Part shown: piece by piece, positions 36,840-45,889 of the stretch | How positions within the stretch are numbered: position 1 is the stretch's first letter | How the letters are laid out: the number at the start of each line of letters is the position of its first letter | From: a virus | Length of the DNA: 64,000 nt | Virus record (IMG/VR): IMGVR_UViG_3300030333_007852 | Span: 5,328-69,327 of that record | Reading direction: 5' to 3' (one strand) | Made by a program: the position numbers and the translations under genes | The notes under the pieces: model-generated | The model's database searches: none | What the model saw: the letters and a program-made list of their open reading frames with translations, nothing else | Told to the model about the DNA's origin: nothing

Positions 36840-38059
36840 AAAGCTTCATAATATTCTATTACAACTGAACCAGATTGTGATGATCCAGATTGATAAGAAC
36901 CAGCAGATCCAGGTCCTTCGCTACCCCAAAAGGATGCCTCACTATCATAAGATCTATTATCTCCTTTACCGGAGGGAATGTTAATTACATCACCTAAAGC
37001 AGCTCCTCCTGGTACCGTATTAGTTTGAGTACCAGTAGCTACTTGACCAACACCCCCTGCAGCTCTAAATGTCTGCAGTGTGTTAGATGAATCATAAAAT
37101 TTTAACCATGTTGATTGTGCAGAATCATAATTACCACGGAAGTGATTACCAACCCTATAAGTAATTGTTCTCATAGAAGGGTCGCTAGATATCTTAGCAT
37201 AAAAAATTAATGCACCACCCGGTGCACCTGAAGCAGCACCACCTGTCATGTATATTTTTACTATACAACCCGGGTTGTTAGGTAAAGTAAATGCTCTTTG
37301 GCCTGATGTAGTATCTACATGTAATTTAGGTACACCTGCCCATGTTATTCTACCTGTGTCGTCTACATTAAAACCAGCACCCGTTTGTACTCCAGCAGAG
37401 TTATACTTATCACCTGCATTATTCAATTCTTCATTACCAATAGATACAATATCTTTAAATGAAACATTAGTTAATGTATTATCAGTTTTTCTACCAATAA
37501 CACTATTTTGATTAACTGCTAATCCTTCAGCTGCAGATTCTGTATTTCCACTGTTACCTAACAAACTTACAGGACTAATGGAAGAAAGTTTACTAAAAGG
37601 AATTTCTTTTACCTGAAGTTTATTGTCATCTGTAAATTGAATGGTTTGGTCATCTACTAAAACATTCATCTTACTGTCGGTATCAACCTTTAAACCTGTA
37701 CCAACTTTAGCAGCAATTCCTAATAAATCGTAACCAGATAATGCAAATACATCTAAAGTTTCATTAGATAAACTTCCAGAATATCCTGTTTTTCTTGCAT
37801 ATAAATTACCACCGAATGTAAAAAAATCACCAGGCATTGGACTCTCTGCAGCAACTAAACTAAAATCGCTAATATTACCAAGATATTTTACACCCGCAGC
37901 TTCACCGGTACCGCTACCATTACCCACAAAAAGTCGTTCGGTGTCGGTCGTATAACCGAGCTCACCTTCTTCTAGCACTATTTGTTGTCTTTGACTATTA
38001 GAACCTTTACGAACTAATGACCTTATAATTGTGTTTTCTGTAATTTCTACGTTAGCCAT
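36836..38059 (-). CDS. tail fibre/appendage protein with Mtd_N-like N-terminus and Gly-rich C-terminus
   Basis: RKG...LEEGELGYTTDTERLFVGNG. Confidence 0.75.
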   Translation of the reverse strand: MANVEITENTIIRSLVRKGSNSQRQQIVLEEGELGYTTDTERLFVGNGSGTGEAAGVKYLGNISDFSLVAAESPMPGDFFTFGGNLYARKTGYSGSLSNETLDVFALSGYDLLGIAAKVGTGLKVDTDSKMNVLVDDQTIQFTDDNKLQVKEIPFSKLSSISPVSLLGNSGNTESAAEGLAVNQNSVIGRKTDNTLTNVSFKDIVSIGNEELNNAGDKYNSAGVQTGAGFNVDDTGRITWAGVPKLHVDTTSGQRAFTLPNNPGCIVKIYMTGGAASGAPGGALIFYAKISSDPSMRTITYRVGNHFRGNYDSAQSTWLKFYDSSNTLQTFRAAGGVGQVATGTQTNTVPGGAALGDVINIPSGKGDNRSYDSEASFWGSEGPGSAGSYQSGSSQSGSVVIEYYEAL

Positions 38060-38060
38060 G

Positions 38061-40106
38061 TTATCTAAATTTAATTAATGTTGCAGTAAAAAGAGTATTA
38101 CCATCATCAGCTGTTAATTGATTAGATGGATCTTGTGCAGGTAATACTACGCTTGTAAAAGGTTGATTATATGCATAAGGAGAAGTTAGTTTATAACTAG
38201 TATAAAAAGCTGAGTTAAGTTTGGATACATCAGGAGAACCAGATGTAGAGTTAGGTGTAAAATTAGTTGCACCACCTAAACCTACATTAATACGATTTAC
38301 AACACCATCTGTATAACCTTTCTTTGATGAAGTAAAAGTCATAGTTGATGTACCAGAGTCATACGACACTGCATAATTATTAGCAAATGCTGTATGAGCT
38401 TGTAAAGCAGAAACAGTACTGTCACCTAAATTATCAGGTGTAGTATCGCCTGATATATCGACTTCAATCATATAAGATTTGCGCCCTCTTCTGTATGAAG
38501 TATTGGAAATGTCGGGTGCTGTTCCACCTCCTGTAAAATTATACCAAACACAATATCTGTTATCATCAGCATCATAAACTAAAAAGTACTTACCATCTAA
38601 TGCAGCTGCTGGTGTAGGAAATGAATCAATTGTATGAACTGAACCAATACCTAAAGTAGTAAATGTTTTATTTGTTGTAGTTAAGCTTAACCAACCTAAT
38701 TTTGAAATTCCTAATTTACCAGATGTGTTATCACCTGCTGAATAACCACTACCTTGTTTACCTTCACAATTTGCAGCTTGTTCATAAGTTACATCAGCAG
38801 CAGTACCGGTACTAATACCGTATGTAGCTGGATCAGGACCTTGAGCTAATGTTGCGTCAAATGTAGGTGTATATCCTTTATCTAAATCGTGAATGTAAAG
38901 CTCACCGGTGGACGACCCTTCCCAAACATCAAACTTTCTTTCACCATATTCATTTTCTATGAATCTAATTGCGTCAATAATATTTGAAATTAAAGTTGCT
39001 TGAGTTGAATTGTAATCACAAGCAGCAATGGTATATTGAGGGTAAGCTGCACTAAATGCATCTTTTGCTGTATCATCACCTGCAGACTGAATAAACACGG
39101 CATAATAATTACCGCTTCCAGAAGGTAAGATAAAACACTTATTTTCGTAATTAGTATCAACGGAAGTATCACCACCTACATTGGTTAATTTAATATTATT
39201 ATTTGAACCTTGATCATCTACGAATGCAGCAGGTAAGGACGTATTAGTTATAACACCTGGAAAATCTTCCCTATTTAAAAAGTAAAAAGGTGTTGTTAAA
39301 TTATCACCAGAAAGTGTAGTAGAAGAACTATCATTTTGTCCTGTTACTCTTACAATAGAGTCACTTCTTGAAGATGAAGTAGATTTAAACGACCCTGAAA
39401 TACGTGAACCGTCAATTTTATCAGCAGTAGATCTGTTAACACCTTGTAATAATTTATTAGCATCAAGATCAGTAGCAATTGGAAAAGTAGGTGAATTATT
39501 AACCTTAGTAAATTGAGATGCAGTCATGAAACCCGGATTGGTATTATCAGCATTAGAATGGTGTTGGTCTGTACCAGATTCGTAACAACCTAAACTGCCA
39601 TGAGAAATATCTGTAAGATTACCTACTACTATTTCATTACTACCATTAAAAGATAATAAAGCTGTTGTTTGAGAATCAGAGGCTAAATTAACATAAGGAT
39701 CGTTACTACCATCTAAAGCTAAACCAGCTCCGACTGTAGATAAAGTCATTCCTGAAGCTTTAACAGATAAAACATTTTTAGAATCATATTCTAGCGTAGT
39801 GCCATCTACTTTGGGGTTTAAATTAACCCAATTATCAACACTATTAAAGTCAGTCCCGGTTAAAGAATAAAAAACATTATTTTGATAAGTAAAATCTCCG
39901 GGTTCAGCATAGGTTATATCAGCAATACCTTGAACTTGGAAATTATAAGCTCCTACAGGCTTACCTCCTAATAGAGCACCGTCACCTACATAAACTCTTT
40001 TGGTGTCAGTAGTATAACCTAATTCACCTTCGTCTAATACAACTTTCTTTCTATCTAGGTTTAGACCTCTTCTTAATTTTATCTTTGCTGCGTCTACCGT
40101 AGGCAT
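38061..40106 (-). CDS. tail fibre/appendage protein with Mtd_N-like N-terminus
   Basis: LRRG...LDEGELGYTTDTKRVYVGDG. Confidence 0.75.
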   Translation of the reverse strand: MPTVDAAKIKLRRGLNLDRKKVVLDEGELGYTTDTKRVYVGDGALLGGKPVGAYNFQVQGIADITYAEPGDFTYQNNVFYSLTGTDFNSVDNWVNLNPKVDGTTLEYDSKNVLSVKASGMTLSTVGAGLALDGSNDPYVNLASDSQTTALLSFNGSNEIVVGNLTDISHGSLGCYESGTDQHHSNADNTNPGFMTASQFTKVNNSPTFPIATDLDANKLLQGVNRSTADKIDGSRISGSFKSTSSSRSDSIVRVTGQNDSSSTTLSGDNLTTPFYFLNREDFPGVITNTSLPAAFVDDQGSNNNIKLTNVGGDTSVDTNYENKCFILPSGSGNYYAVFIQSAGDDTAKDAFSAAYPQYTIAACDYNSTQATLISNIIDAIRFIENEYGERKFDVWEGSSTGELYIHDLDKGYTPTFDATLAQGPDPATYGISTGTAADVTYEQAANCEGKQGSGYSAGDNTSGKLGISKLGWLSLTTTNKTFTTLGIGSVHTIDSFPTPAAALDGKYFLVYDADDNRYCVWYNFTGGGTAPDISNTSYRRGRKSYMIEVDISGDTTPDNLGDSTVSALQAHTAFANNYAVSYDSGTSTMTFTSSKKGYTDGVVNRINVGLGGATNFTPNSTSGSPDVSKLNSAFYTSYKLTSPYAYNQPFTSVVLPAQDPSNQLTADDGNTLFTATLIKFR

Positions 40107-40124
40107 ATATGATTATTTATTACT

Positions 40125-40352
40125 CTAGCTTGAATCTAAAGATTTTGTGAAATCATATTCATCAATATATTTTGAGACAAGATCTTTTTGAATTCTGAAA
40201 TTTTTATGAACTGTACTAGCGTTCATACAAATTAATGTTCCATGAAGATAAGCTTTTGTTACTTTCGTAACCGCGGAAATGCTAGTTCCCTCATCCTCAT
40301 TACTTCTTAACATATAAAATATAACAGGTTTACCATTAACTTCTGCATTCAT
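40125..40352 (-). CDS. hypothetical protein
   Basis: ORF overlapping the upstream gene end. Confidence 0.5.
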   Translation of the reverse strand: MNAEVNGKPVIFYMLRSNEDEGTSISAVTKVTKAYLHGTLICMNASTVHKNFRIQKDLVSKYIDEYDFTKSLDSS

Positions 40353-41217
40353 TGCACGTTGTTACTTTTTTAACCTGTACCAATATTTCGTCATTGGTGC
40401 CCTTACGTTCAGTGTCAGTAGCACTTTGTACAGTTGCACTGCAACAGTTCAAGTTACCGTTATATTGATACAACTCAACTTGCTCCCCAGGAGTAAAGTT
40501 CATATCTCTACCGGTGTCAAGATAACCTACAGCAGGACATCCATCAACCATCAAATTAATACCGTATCCATTCATAACATAGATACAACCATCCTGAGCA
40601 GTTACAATATCAGGATCAGCTTGAGGTGTTTCATTAGTAGGGGTAACGCATGCACTTGTTACGCATGTAGTAGCTGGTGCAGGTTCAGTACAACTAGTTG
40701 ATGCAGTAGCAGGACTAGTTTCAGTATATGGTTTAGGTTCGTTAGTACAACAACCAGAGACTACTTTTGTTGTCTCATAAAAATCGATTTGTTCTGTACA
40801 TGTTGTTGTTACTTCAGGTGTGCATGTTACTTCAGGTGTAGCAGTGCAAGTAACTTGAGGTAACGGTACAGGTGTTTCAATTGAACATGTCAAATTAGGT
40901 TTACAAAAATTAGTGTCAATAGGTTTATACTGATGACAATTTTTTTCAGGTTTCTTAAATTGGGTAGAATAAGGTGATGTTCTATAACCATATGCAGAAC
41001 AACAATTAGGTGAAGTGTTAATTGTTGAACAATTAGGTTTATTATATGAAACGGGCTGAGGTGGGTTAGCAGGACTAGAAAATGAAGGAGTGGTGATAGG
41101 TGCTTGACAATTAACAGGGTTTGCTGGTGATGTCAAACTTGGTGTGCTAGTAGTAGCTACATACATTCTACAAGTTTGTTTTCTTCTCCAAAGTAGTCTT
41201 CTAAGCCATCTGAACAT
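40336..41217 (-). CDS. Cys/Thr/Pro-rich protein with cationic amphipathic N-terminus
   Basis: MFRWLRRLLWRRK; 22 Cys by hand count. Confidence 0.65.
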   Translation of the reverse strand: MFRWLRRLLWRRKQTCRMYVATTSTPSLTSPANPVNCQAPITTPSFSSPANPPQPVSYNKPNCSTINTSPNCCSAYGYRTSPYSTQFKKPEKNCHQYKPIDTNFCKPNLTCSIETPVPLPQVTCTATPEVTCTPEVTTTCTEQIDFYETTKVVSGCCTNEPKPYTETSPATASTSCTEPAPATTCVTSACVTPTNETPQADPDIVTAQDGCIYVMNGYGINLMVDGCPAVGYLDTGRDMNFTPGEQVELYQYNGNLNCCSATVQSATDTERKGTNDEILVQVKKVTTCNECRS

Positions 41218-41253
41218 AAAAATAGTTATAGATTAGCTATGTTAAATCAACTA

Positions 41254-41538
41254 TTACGCTGTAACAATATTAGTAATTATACCGTTAGTAATAGTTAATG
41301 TAGCAGTACCTGTTGGGGTGTTCAATACTAACTCTTGAGTTGACCCCATTAAATTGTTAATATAAAATTCTTCAGCACTTAAGGACATTACGCTCAATCC
41401 TGTATACCCAGAACTTAAAGTTTGAATACCAGAAGTAGAGTTATATGTAGAATCAATTAAGTTAGTGAATTGTTCTTGAGAGGGTACATCGCCTGTTTCG
41501 AAGTACCCTTTGAGAGTCGTAATGTCCTGTCTTGCCAT
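41254..41538 (-). CDS. small tail-fibre adaptor-like protein
   Basis: TLKGYFETGDVPSQEQFTNLIDS motif; C-terminal LTITNGIIT. Confidence 0.6.
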   Translation of the reverse strand: MARQDITTLKGYFETGDVPSQEQFTNLIDSTYNSTSGIQTLSSGYTGLSVMSLSAEEFYINNLMGSTQELVLNTPTGTATLTITNGIITNIVTA

Positions 41539-41553
41539 GTATTTATTTATTAA

Positions 41554-41799
41554 CTAGCAACTGCCGCAGCAATAATTTACTCTTTCAGCTGTACTTGGGC
41601 AATTTGTCGCTGCCGCTCTATCAGCTGTACTTGGACAAGAGGCCGCTGCACTTTGACATCCACAATCAGAAGAGCCGCAACATGTTGCAGCGCAAGTAGT
41701 TGCCCTATCAGCTGTGCTAGGACATGTTGAAGATGTAGGTTGACATTGGCTAGAATATGACTGGCCACCGCATGATGTTTCGTAATTACATTCGCTCAT
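41554..41799 (-). CDS. 81-aa Cys-rich repeat peptide (metallothionein- or RiPP-precursor-like)
   Basis: 14 Cys; CPSTA[D/E]R x3; own TAAATA at 41808-41813. Confidence 0.65.
   Translation of the reverse strand: MSECNYETSCGGQSYSSQCQPTSSTCPSTADRATTCAATCCGSSDCGCQSAAASCPSTADRAAATNCPSTAERVNYCCGSC
41581..41724. repeat. three 21-nt degenerate repeats encoding CPSTA[D/E]R
   Basis: 41581-41601, 41617-41637 and 41704-41724. Confidence 0.85.
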
Positions 41800-41810
41800 A
41801 ACAAAATTAT

Positions 41811-43583
41811 TTAAGCGTCTGCTGGTGGTTGTCCTTCAGCCGGGACTGGCTCTGCTGGTTGCTCACCACCAGTTACTTCGGGTCCTCCTCCTTCAGGCGG
41901 TGGTCCAAAATCAGGTGGTAGGCCAGATCCTCCACCGGCTGGGGGAGGTGCCCCTGTACCGGGTTCCATCCCCTCACCTTCGGCTCCACCAGAGGCAATC
42001 GCCTCTCTCCAGTTAGGACCGCTAGCTTCGATTTGAGCTAACTCCCATTGAAGTTCTTTATCCTTACGTAAAAATTCTCTGTTAGCTTTTACTTCAATAT
42101 CAGTCCAATCGAGGTACTTTTTCTGTGCCCAAGTATTAGAAACATATTCACTATTAGTAAGAGAACTCCAATTACCTACTCTAAGTTCAAGCTTTTGTTG
42201 TTCTCTCATTTCAAAGAAATTAGAGGGTACATTAAAAGCAATATCTAAATGAAGCTCTTTTAAATTAAATTTCTCCCATAACTTTTTAAGTTTAAGGTGA
42301 GTTATAAATCCATTTTTTAAACCAGCAGCAAACTGCATTTGCATACGAATAATGAAACGAGCAAATTTAAGTTCTTCTCTTAATATGTCCGTACCATCTT
42401 GAAACGATTGTTCTGGGTTTAATCTAGTTACAGGTACTTTAAGAGATTTGTACAACTTCTTCATGAAGTACATTAAGTCTTCTAACTCTCCTAAATTTTG
42501 ACCACCTGCTAATGTTTTAACATCTGTACCTTCACTACCTGCTCTTTTCGCAAACCAAAATGAGTCAAGCATTGACTGGGGTGAAAATTTCATTACCTGT
42601 CCGTTTGAGTCGGTATCAAATGTATGTCTACTCCAATATTTCTGTTGCAGATTTCTAAGATAACCTTCTGCTTTAGGAGGTGACATATTACCTACATCTA
42701 CATTGAAAACTAACTTCTCAGGAGCTCTTACCAATCTATATATAACGATAGCGTCTTCAATGAGAGACAATTGTCGGTAAGCTCTCCTAGCATTCTCTAG
42801 ATAAGGTAACCTGATTGTTTTGTTGTCATTCCAAATACCTGAGTTAATATAAGTTACCTGGTTCTTATCCATTGGGATAAGCTGCATATCTTCTATCTTA
42901 GTTGGATTTTCTTCATTAAAGACCGGCTTTCTTAAAAGATAACCTTGAATAATGCTATTTTGTATATTACCAAAAATTGGGTCAATTAATTCAGTGGGTA
43001 TCTGAACAACACCCAAAATACCTTCATGAGGATGCTCTTTATGAATGATATGCTCCCAATATACTTCACCTTCTACTAGAAGCTGTCTAAAATATTCCCA
43101 CCCTCTATGTTCTAGATCAAAATAGCTAATATATTTTTGAAATTCATCTTCTAATAATTTTTGTTCGTTGTGTTTAAATTCTCTATGAACAAATTTAAGT
43201 TTTATAATTTCACCATTTACATCTTTATTAATAACCTCATCGCAAATTTCATCTAATGCATCTCCTACTTCAGCAAAAGCTGCCATTACTCTATAATCTC
43301 GAATTCTTGCTGCTTTATCTTGCTGAATATTAGCATACATGAACTCTTGAAAGCCTTTATCCATTGCGATATCACCAACAGCAGAATTATTAATCTGAGT
43401 TGATGATGAAATAGACTGTCTTTGTAGAGCGTCTTCTCTTCGACTACCTTCACCTTGAAATAATTTGTACTTCGGATTTACATCATATAACGTTTCAACG
43501 GTTTGATAGGATTGATAAGGAAGTCTGCTTTGCACATACTTCATTAACGAGCGTCCGAATGTATTTTTATTTCCTTTTCCCAT
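41811..43583 (-). CDS. portal vertex protein, T4 gp20-like
   Basis: IEDAIVIYRLVRAPEKLVFNVDVGNM, LAGGQNLGE, YKSLKVP and REELKFARFI motifs. Confidence 0.96.
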   Translation of the reverse strand: MGKGNKNTFGRSLMKYVQSRLPYQSYQTVETLYDVNPKYKLFQGEGSRREDALQRQSISSSTQINNSAVGDIAMDKGFQEFMYANIQQDKAARIRDYRVMAAFAEVGDALDEICDEVINKDVNGEIIKLKFVHREFKHNEQKLLEDEFQKYISYFDLEHRGWEYFRQLLVEGEVYWEHIIHKEHPHEGILGVVQIPTELIDPIFGNIQNSIIQGYLLRKPVFNEENPTKIEDMQLIPMDKNQVTYINSGIWNDNKTIRLPYLENARRAYRQLSLIEDAIVIYRLVRAPEKLVFNVDVGNMSPPKAEGYLRNLQQKYWSRHTFDTDSNGQVMKFSPQSMLDSFWFAKRAGSEGTDVKTLAGGQNLGELEDLMYFMKKLYKSLKVPVTRLNPEQSFQDGTDILREELKFARFIIRMQMQFAAGLKNGFITHLKLKKLWEKFNLKELHLDIAFNVPSNFFEMREQQKLELRVGNWSSLTNSEYVSNTWAQKKYLDWTDIEVKANREFLRKDKELQWELAQIEASGPNWREAIASGGAEGEGMEPGTGAPPPAGGGSGLPPDFGPPPEGGGPEVTGGEQPAEPVPAEGQPPADA

Positions 43584-43589
43584 TTTAGT

Positions 43590-44444
43590 TTAGCAAGTTC
43601 CTGAATTTGTTGGTGTTTGTGTTTGTGTTTGAGTAGGTGTGTATGTATTTGTAGTGGTGTTTGTTTTGCTCTTTGTATATGTCTGTGTTTGAGTAGGTGT
43701 TTGTGTCTGTGTTGCTGTTGGTGTTGCAGATGCACCACAAGTAAGTGTTCTAGAATGTGTGATACTTTTTGTTCTTGTTCTAGTTTGTGTAGGTGTTCTA
43801 GTAGTGGTAGATGAATAAGTTGGTGTAACACATGTAGCTTGCGATGTAGTAGTAAAAGTTGTTGTATTAGTGTTTGTGGGTGTTTTAGTTCTCGTTCTAG
43901 TAGGTGTGGGGGTTGCGTATCCTGAAACCGTAGGTGATTGGGTAATTGTTCTAGTAGGTGAAGGTGTTTGGGTTCTAGTTCTTGAACTTGTAGCAGTTAC
44001 AGTGTGTGTAGGAGAAAGTGAATTTGTAATTGTAGGTGAAACTGTAATAGCAGGTGTTGGTGATGGGGTTTGTGTTCTTGTTCTAGTTTGTGTAGGTGTA
44101 TTTGTTCTAGTAGGTGTTTGTGTAGGTGTTTGAGATGTAGTTCCTGTAGGTGTTTTTGTTGTAGTATTACTATTTGTTGGTGTTATTACAGGGGTACCTG
44201 TTTTAGTAACGCTTTGCGTATTTGTTTGCGTTGGGGTAGGAGAGTGAGTTGCACTATAAGTGGGTGTTTTTGTGTGAGATTGAGTAGCTGTACGGGTTGT
44301 AGTAGGAGAAGGTGTATATTCTTTAGTAGATGAAGGAGTTACACAAGGCCTTCCTATAACATTTCCCGCAGCCCAATTAGAGCCTCTTTCCGGACCTGGA
44401 TTTTGACTTCTAATTAAATCTTTAAATGTAGGTATGCCTGCCAC
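43590..44444 (-). CDS. mucin-like Thr/Pro-rich protein
   Basis: ~250 of 284 aa are T-x-T-x repeats; GTG start 5 nt after TAAATA. Confidence 0.75.
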   Translation of the reverse strand: MAGIPTFKDLIRSQNPGPERGSNWAAGNVIGRPCVTPSSTKEYTPSPTTTRTATQSHTKTPTYSATHSPTPTQTNTQSVTKTGTPVITPTNSNTTTKTPTGTTSQTPTQTPTRTNTPTQTRTRTQTPSPTPAITVSPTITNSLSPTHTVTATSSRTRTQTPSPTRTITQSPTVSGYATPTPTRTRTKTPTNTNTTTFTTTSQATCVTPTYSSTTTRTPTQTRTRTKSITHSRTLTCGASATPTATQTQTPTQTQTYTKSKTNTTTNTYTPTQTQTQTPTNSGTC

Positions 44445-44465
44445 TTCTATATTTATGCAAAAATG

Positions 44466-45878
44466 TTATGGGTCAAATGAAGTTGTTGCAGGACTACTAG
44501 TTGAACCGGCTTGCCAATAAACTTTACCACCTATCATAGCAGATAACTCTGTTTGTCTACCTTCTATTATTTGCATATCATAACCTTTATAACCAATTCC
44601 TATTTCATCTCCCATATATGCAGATAATCTCATTTCATGAGCTACGTTACTAATATAATTTGCATAACCGTTACCATTACCACTATTACCTGCAAAATTA
44701 AGACCAACTACTTTCCAAGCAGATAATGCAGGATTATTAGCACTCAACAAAGCGCAAACAAATGAACCAGAATCACCACCAGAAGAAGCAGGTAAATCGG
44801 TACCTTGATTACTTCTAAAAGCTATTTGTGAAGAAAATGGTAATGAACCTAAATTACCGGACATGTTAACGCTTATTGAACCTAAACTAAATGCACTAAG
44901 CTTACAAGATTCACCATAAGGAGCAGAACCAGGCCAACCAACAGGTCCTTCTGTTCTACCAGCTTTATAAATAGGAGCTCCTAGTTCAGATGATAATAAA
45001 GAAAAAATTTCTGCTTTTGTTGCCCATTCCATTGGCGTTTGATAATCCATGGAATATTGCTGCCAATTAGTTGTAGTACTAGATAAATTAGGAACAGAGG
45101 GGTCTAAAGCAAATGTTGCAACGTCTACTCTATTATAAGGGCTACCAAAAGCATTATCAACAAAAGGAATAGCGCCTTTTACTGTACCAACTAAATTCGA
45201 TGAATTACCTGCCCAAGAAGAACTATATTGATCATAAGAAGATCTTTGAATCACCGGAAATCTAGCAGTTGTTTGTCCTGTTGAAACTTCATCAGCTGAT
45301 AGAAATGACCACCATGTTTTATCATAAGTTGAATTATAATATGCACCAGCAATACCCCCATAAACTAATCTACCTCCTAAAACATGATTATTACTTACAC
45401 CAACTAATGTGTAGTCATCTAAATCTACAGCTAAACCTCCTAGAGTACCGGTGTTTATATAACCACCACCCCAACCATTTGCTGGAATGGTACCGACTGA
45501 CAATCCACCTTTTAAAGGTCTTTGAGTCGTTCTACTTCCACTAGCAGGCATAACCCAAGTATTTTCGCTTGTACCGGGGGTAGGTAAAGTATTGCACCTA
45601 TCTACTTCAGGCATATCCATTTCAACCACATCGCTTACAAAAATACTATCATCTATTGTAAAAGAGTCGGGGAATCTATCTTCTGCAGAAACGTTTTCGA
45701 TTTTTTCATCTACCCCAAGTGTAATGCTAAGTTGTTTATTTGGTTCTCCGTTAACCTCTTTATAAGAAACAAAGACATGCTTCCAATTAGGGTTGGTTTC
45801 CCATATTTCCTCTACCTTATTAAGAGCTTTTTCAATTAATTCAATTGAAACGTTATCAGCTGTAACAATCTCAGGCAT
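44466..45878 (-). CDS. trypsin-like serine protease (Nal1-like)
   Basis: TGTLGG, SNNHVL (His), RVDVA (Asp), KAGRTEG, GGDSGS (Ser) and VVGLNFAG motifs. Confidence 0.8.
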   Translation of the reverse strand: MPEIVTADNVSIELIEKALNKVEEIWETNPNWKHVFVSYKEVNGEPNKQLSITLGVDEKIENVSAEDRFPDSFTIDDSIFVSDVVEMDMPEVDRCNTLPTPGTSENTWVMPASGSRTTQRPLKGGLSVGTIPANGWGGGYINTGTLGGLAVDLDDYTLVGVSNNHVLGGRLVYGGIAGAYYNSTYDKTWWSFLSADEVSTGQTTARFPVIQRSSYDQYSSSWAGNSSNLVGTVKGAIPFVDNAFGSPYNRVDVATFALDPSVPNLSSTTTNWQQYSMDYQTPMEWATKAEIFSLLSSELGAPIYKAGRTEGPVGWPGSAPYGESCKLSAFSLGSISVNMSGNLGSLPFSSQIAFRSNQGTDLPASSGGDSGSFVCALLSANNPALSAWKVVGLNFAGNSGNGNGYANYISNVAHEMRLSAYMGDEIGIGYKGYDMQIIEGRQTELSAMIGGKVYWQAGSTSSPATTSFDP

Positions 45879-45889
45879 ACGAATATTTA

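Noticed and set aside
36836-40106. Diversity-generating retroelement suggested by Mtd_N domains
   Set aside because: No reverse transcriptase, C-type-lectin variable domain or TR/VR pair seen in the window.
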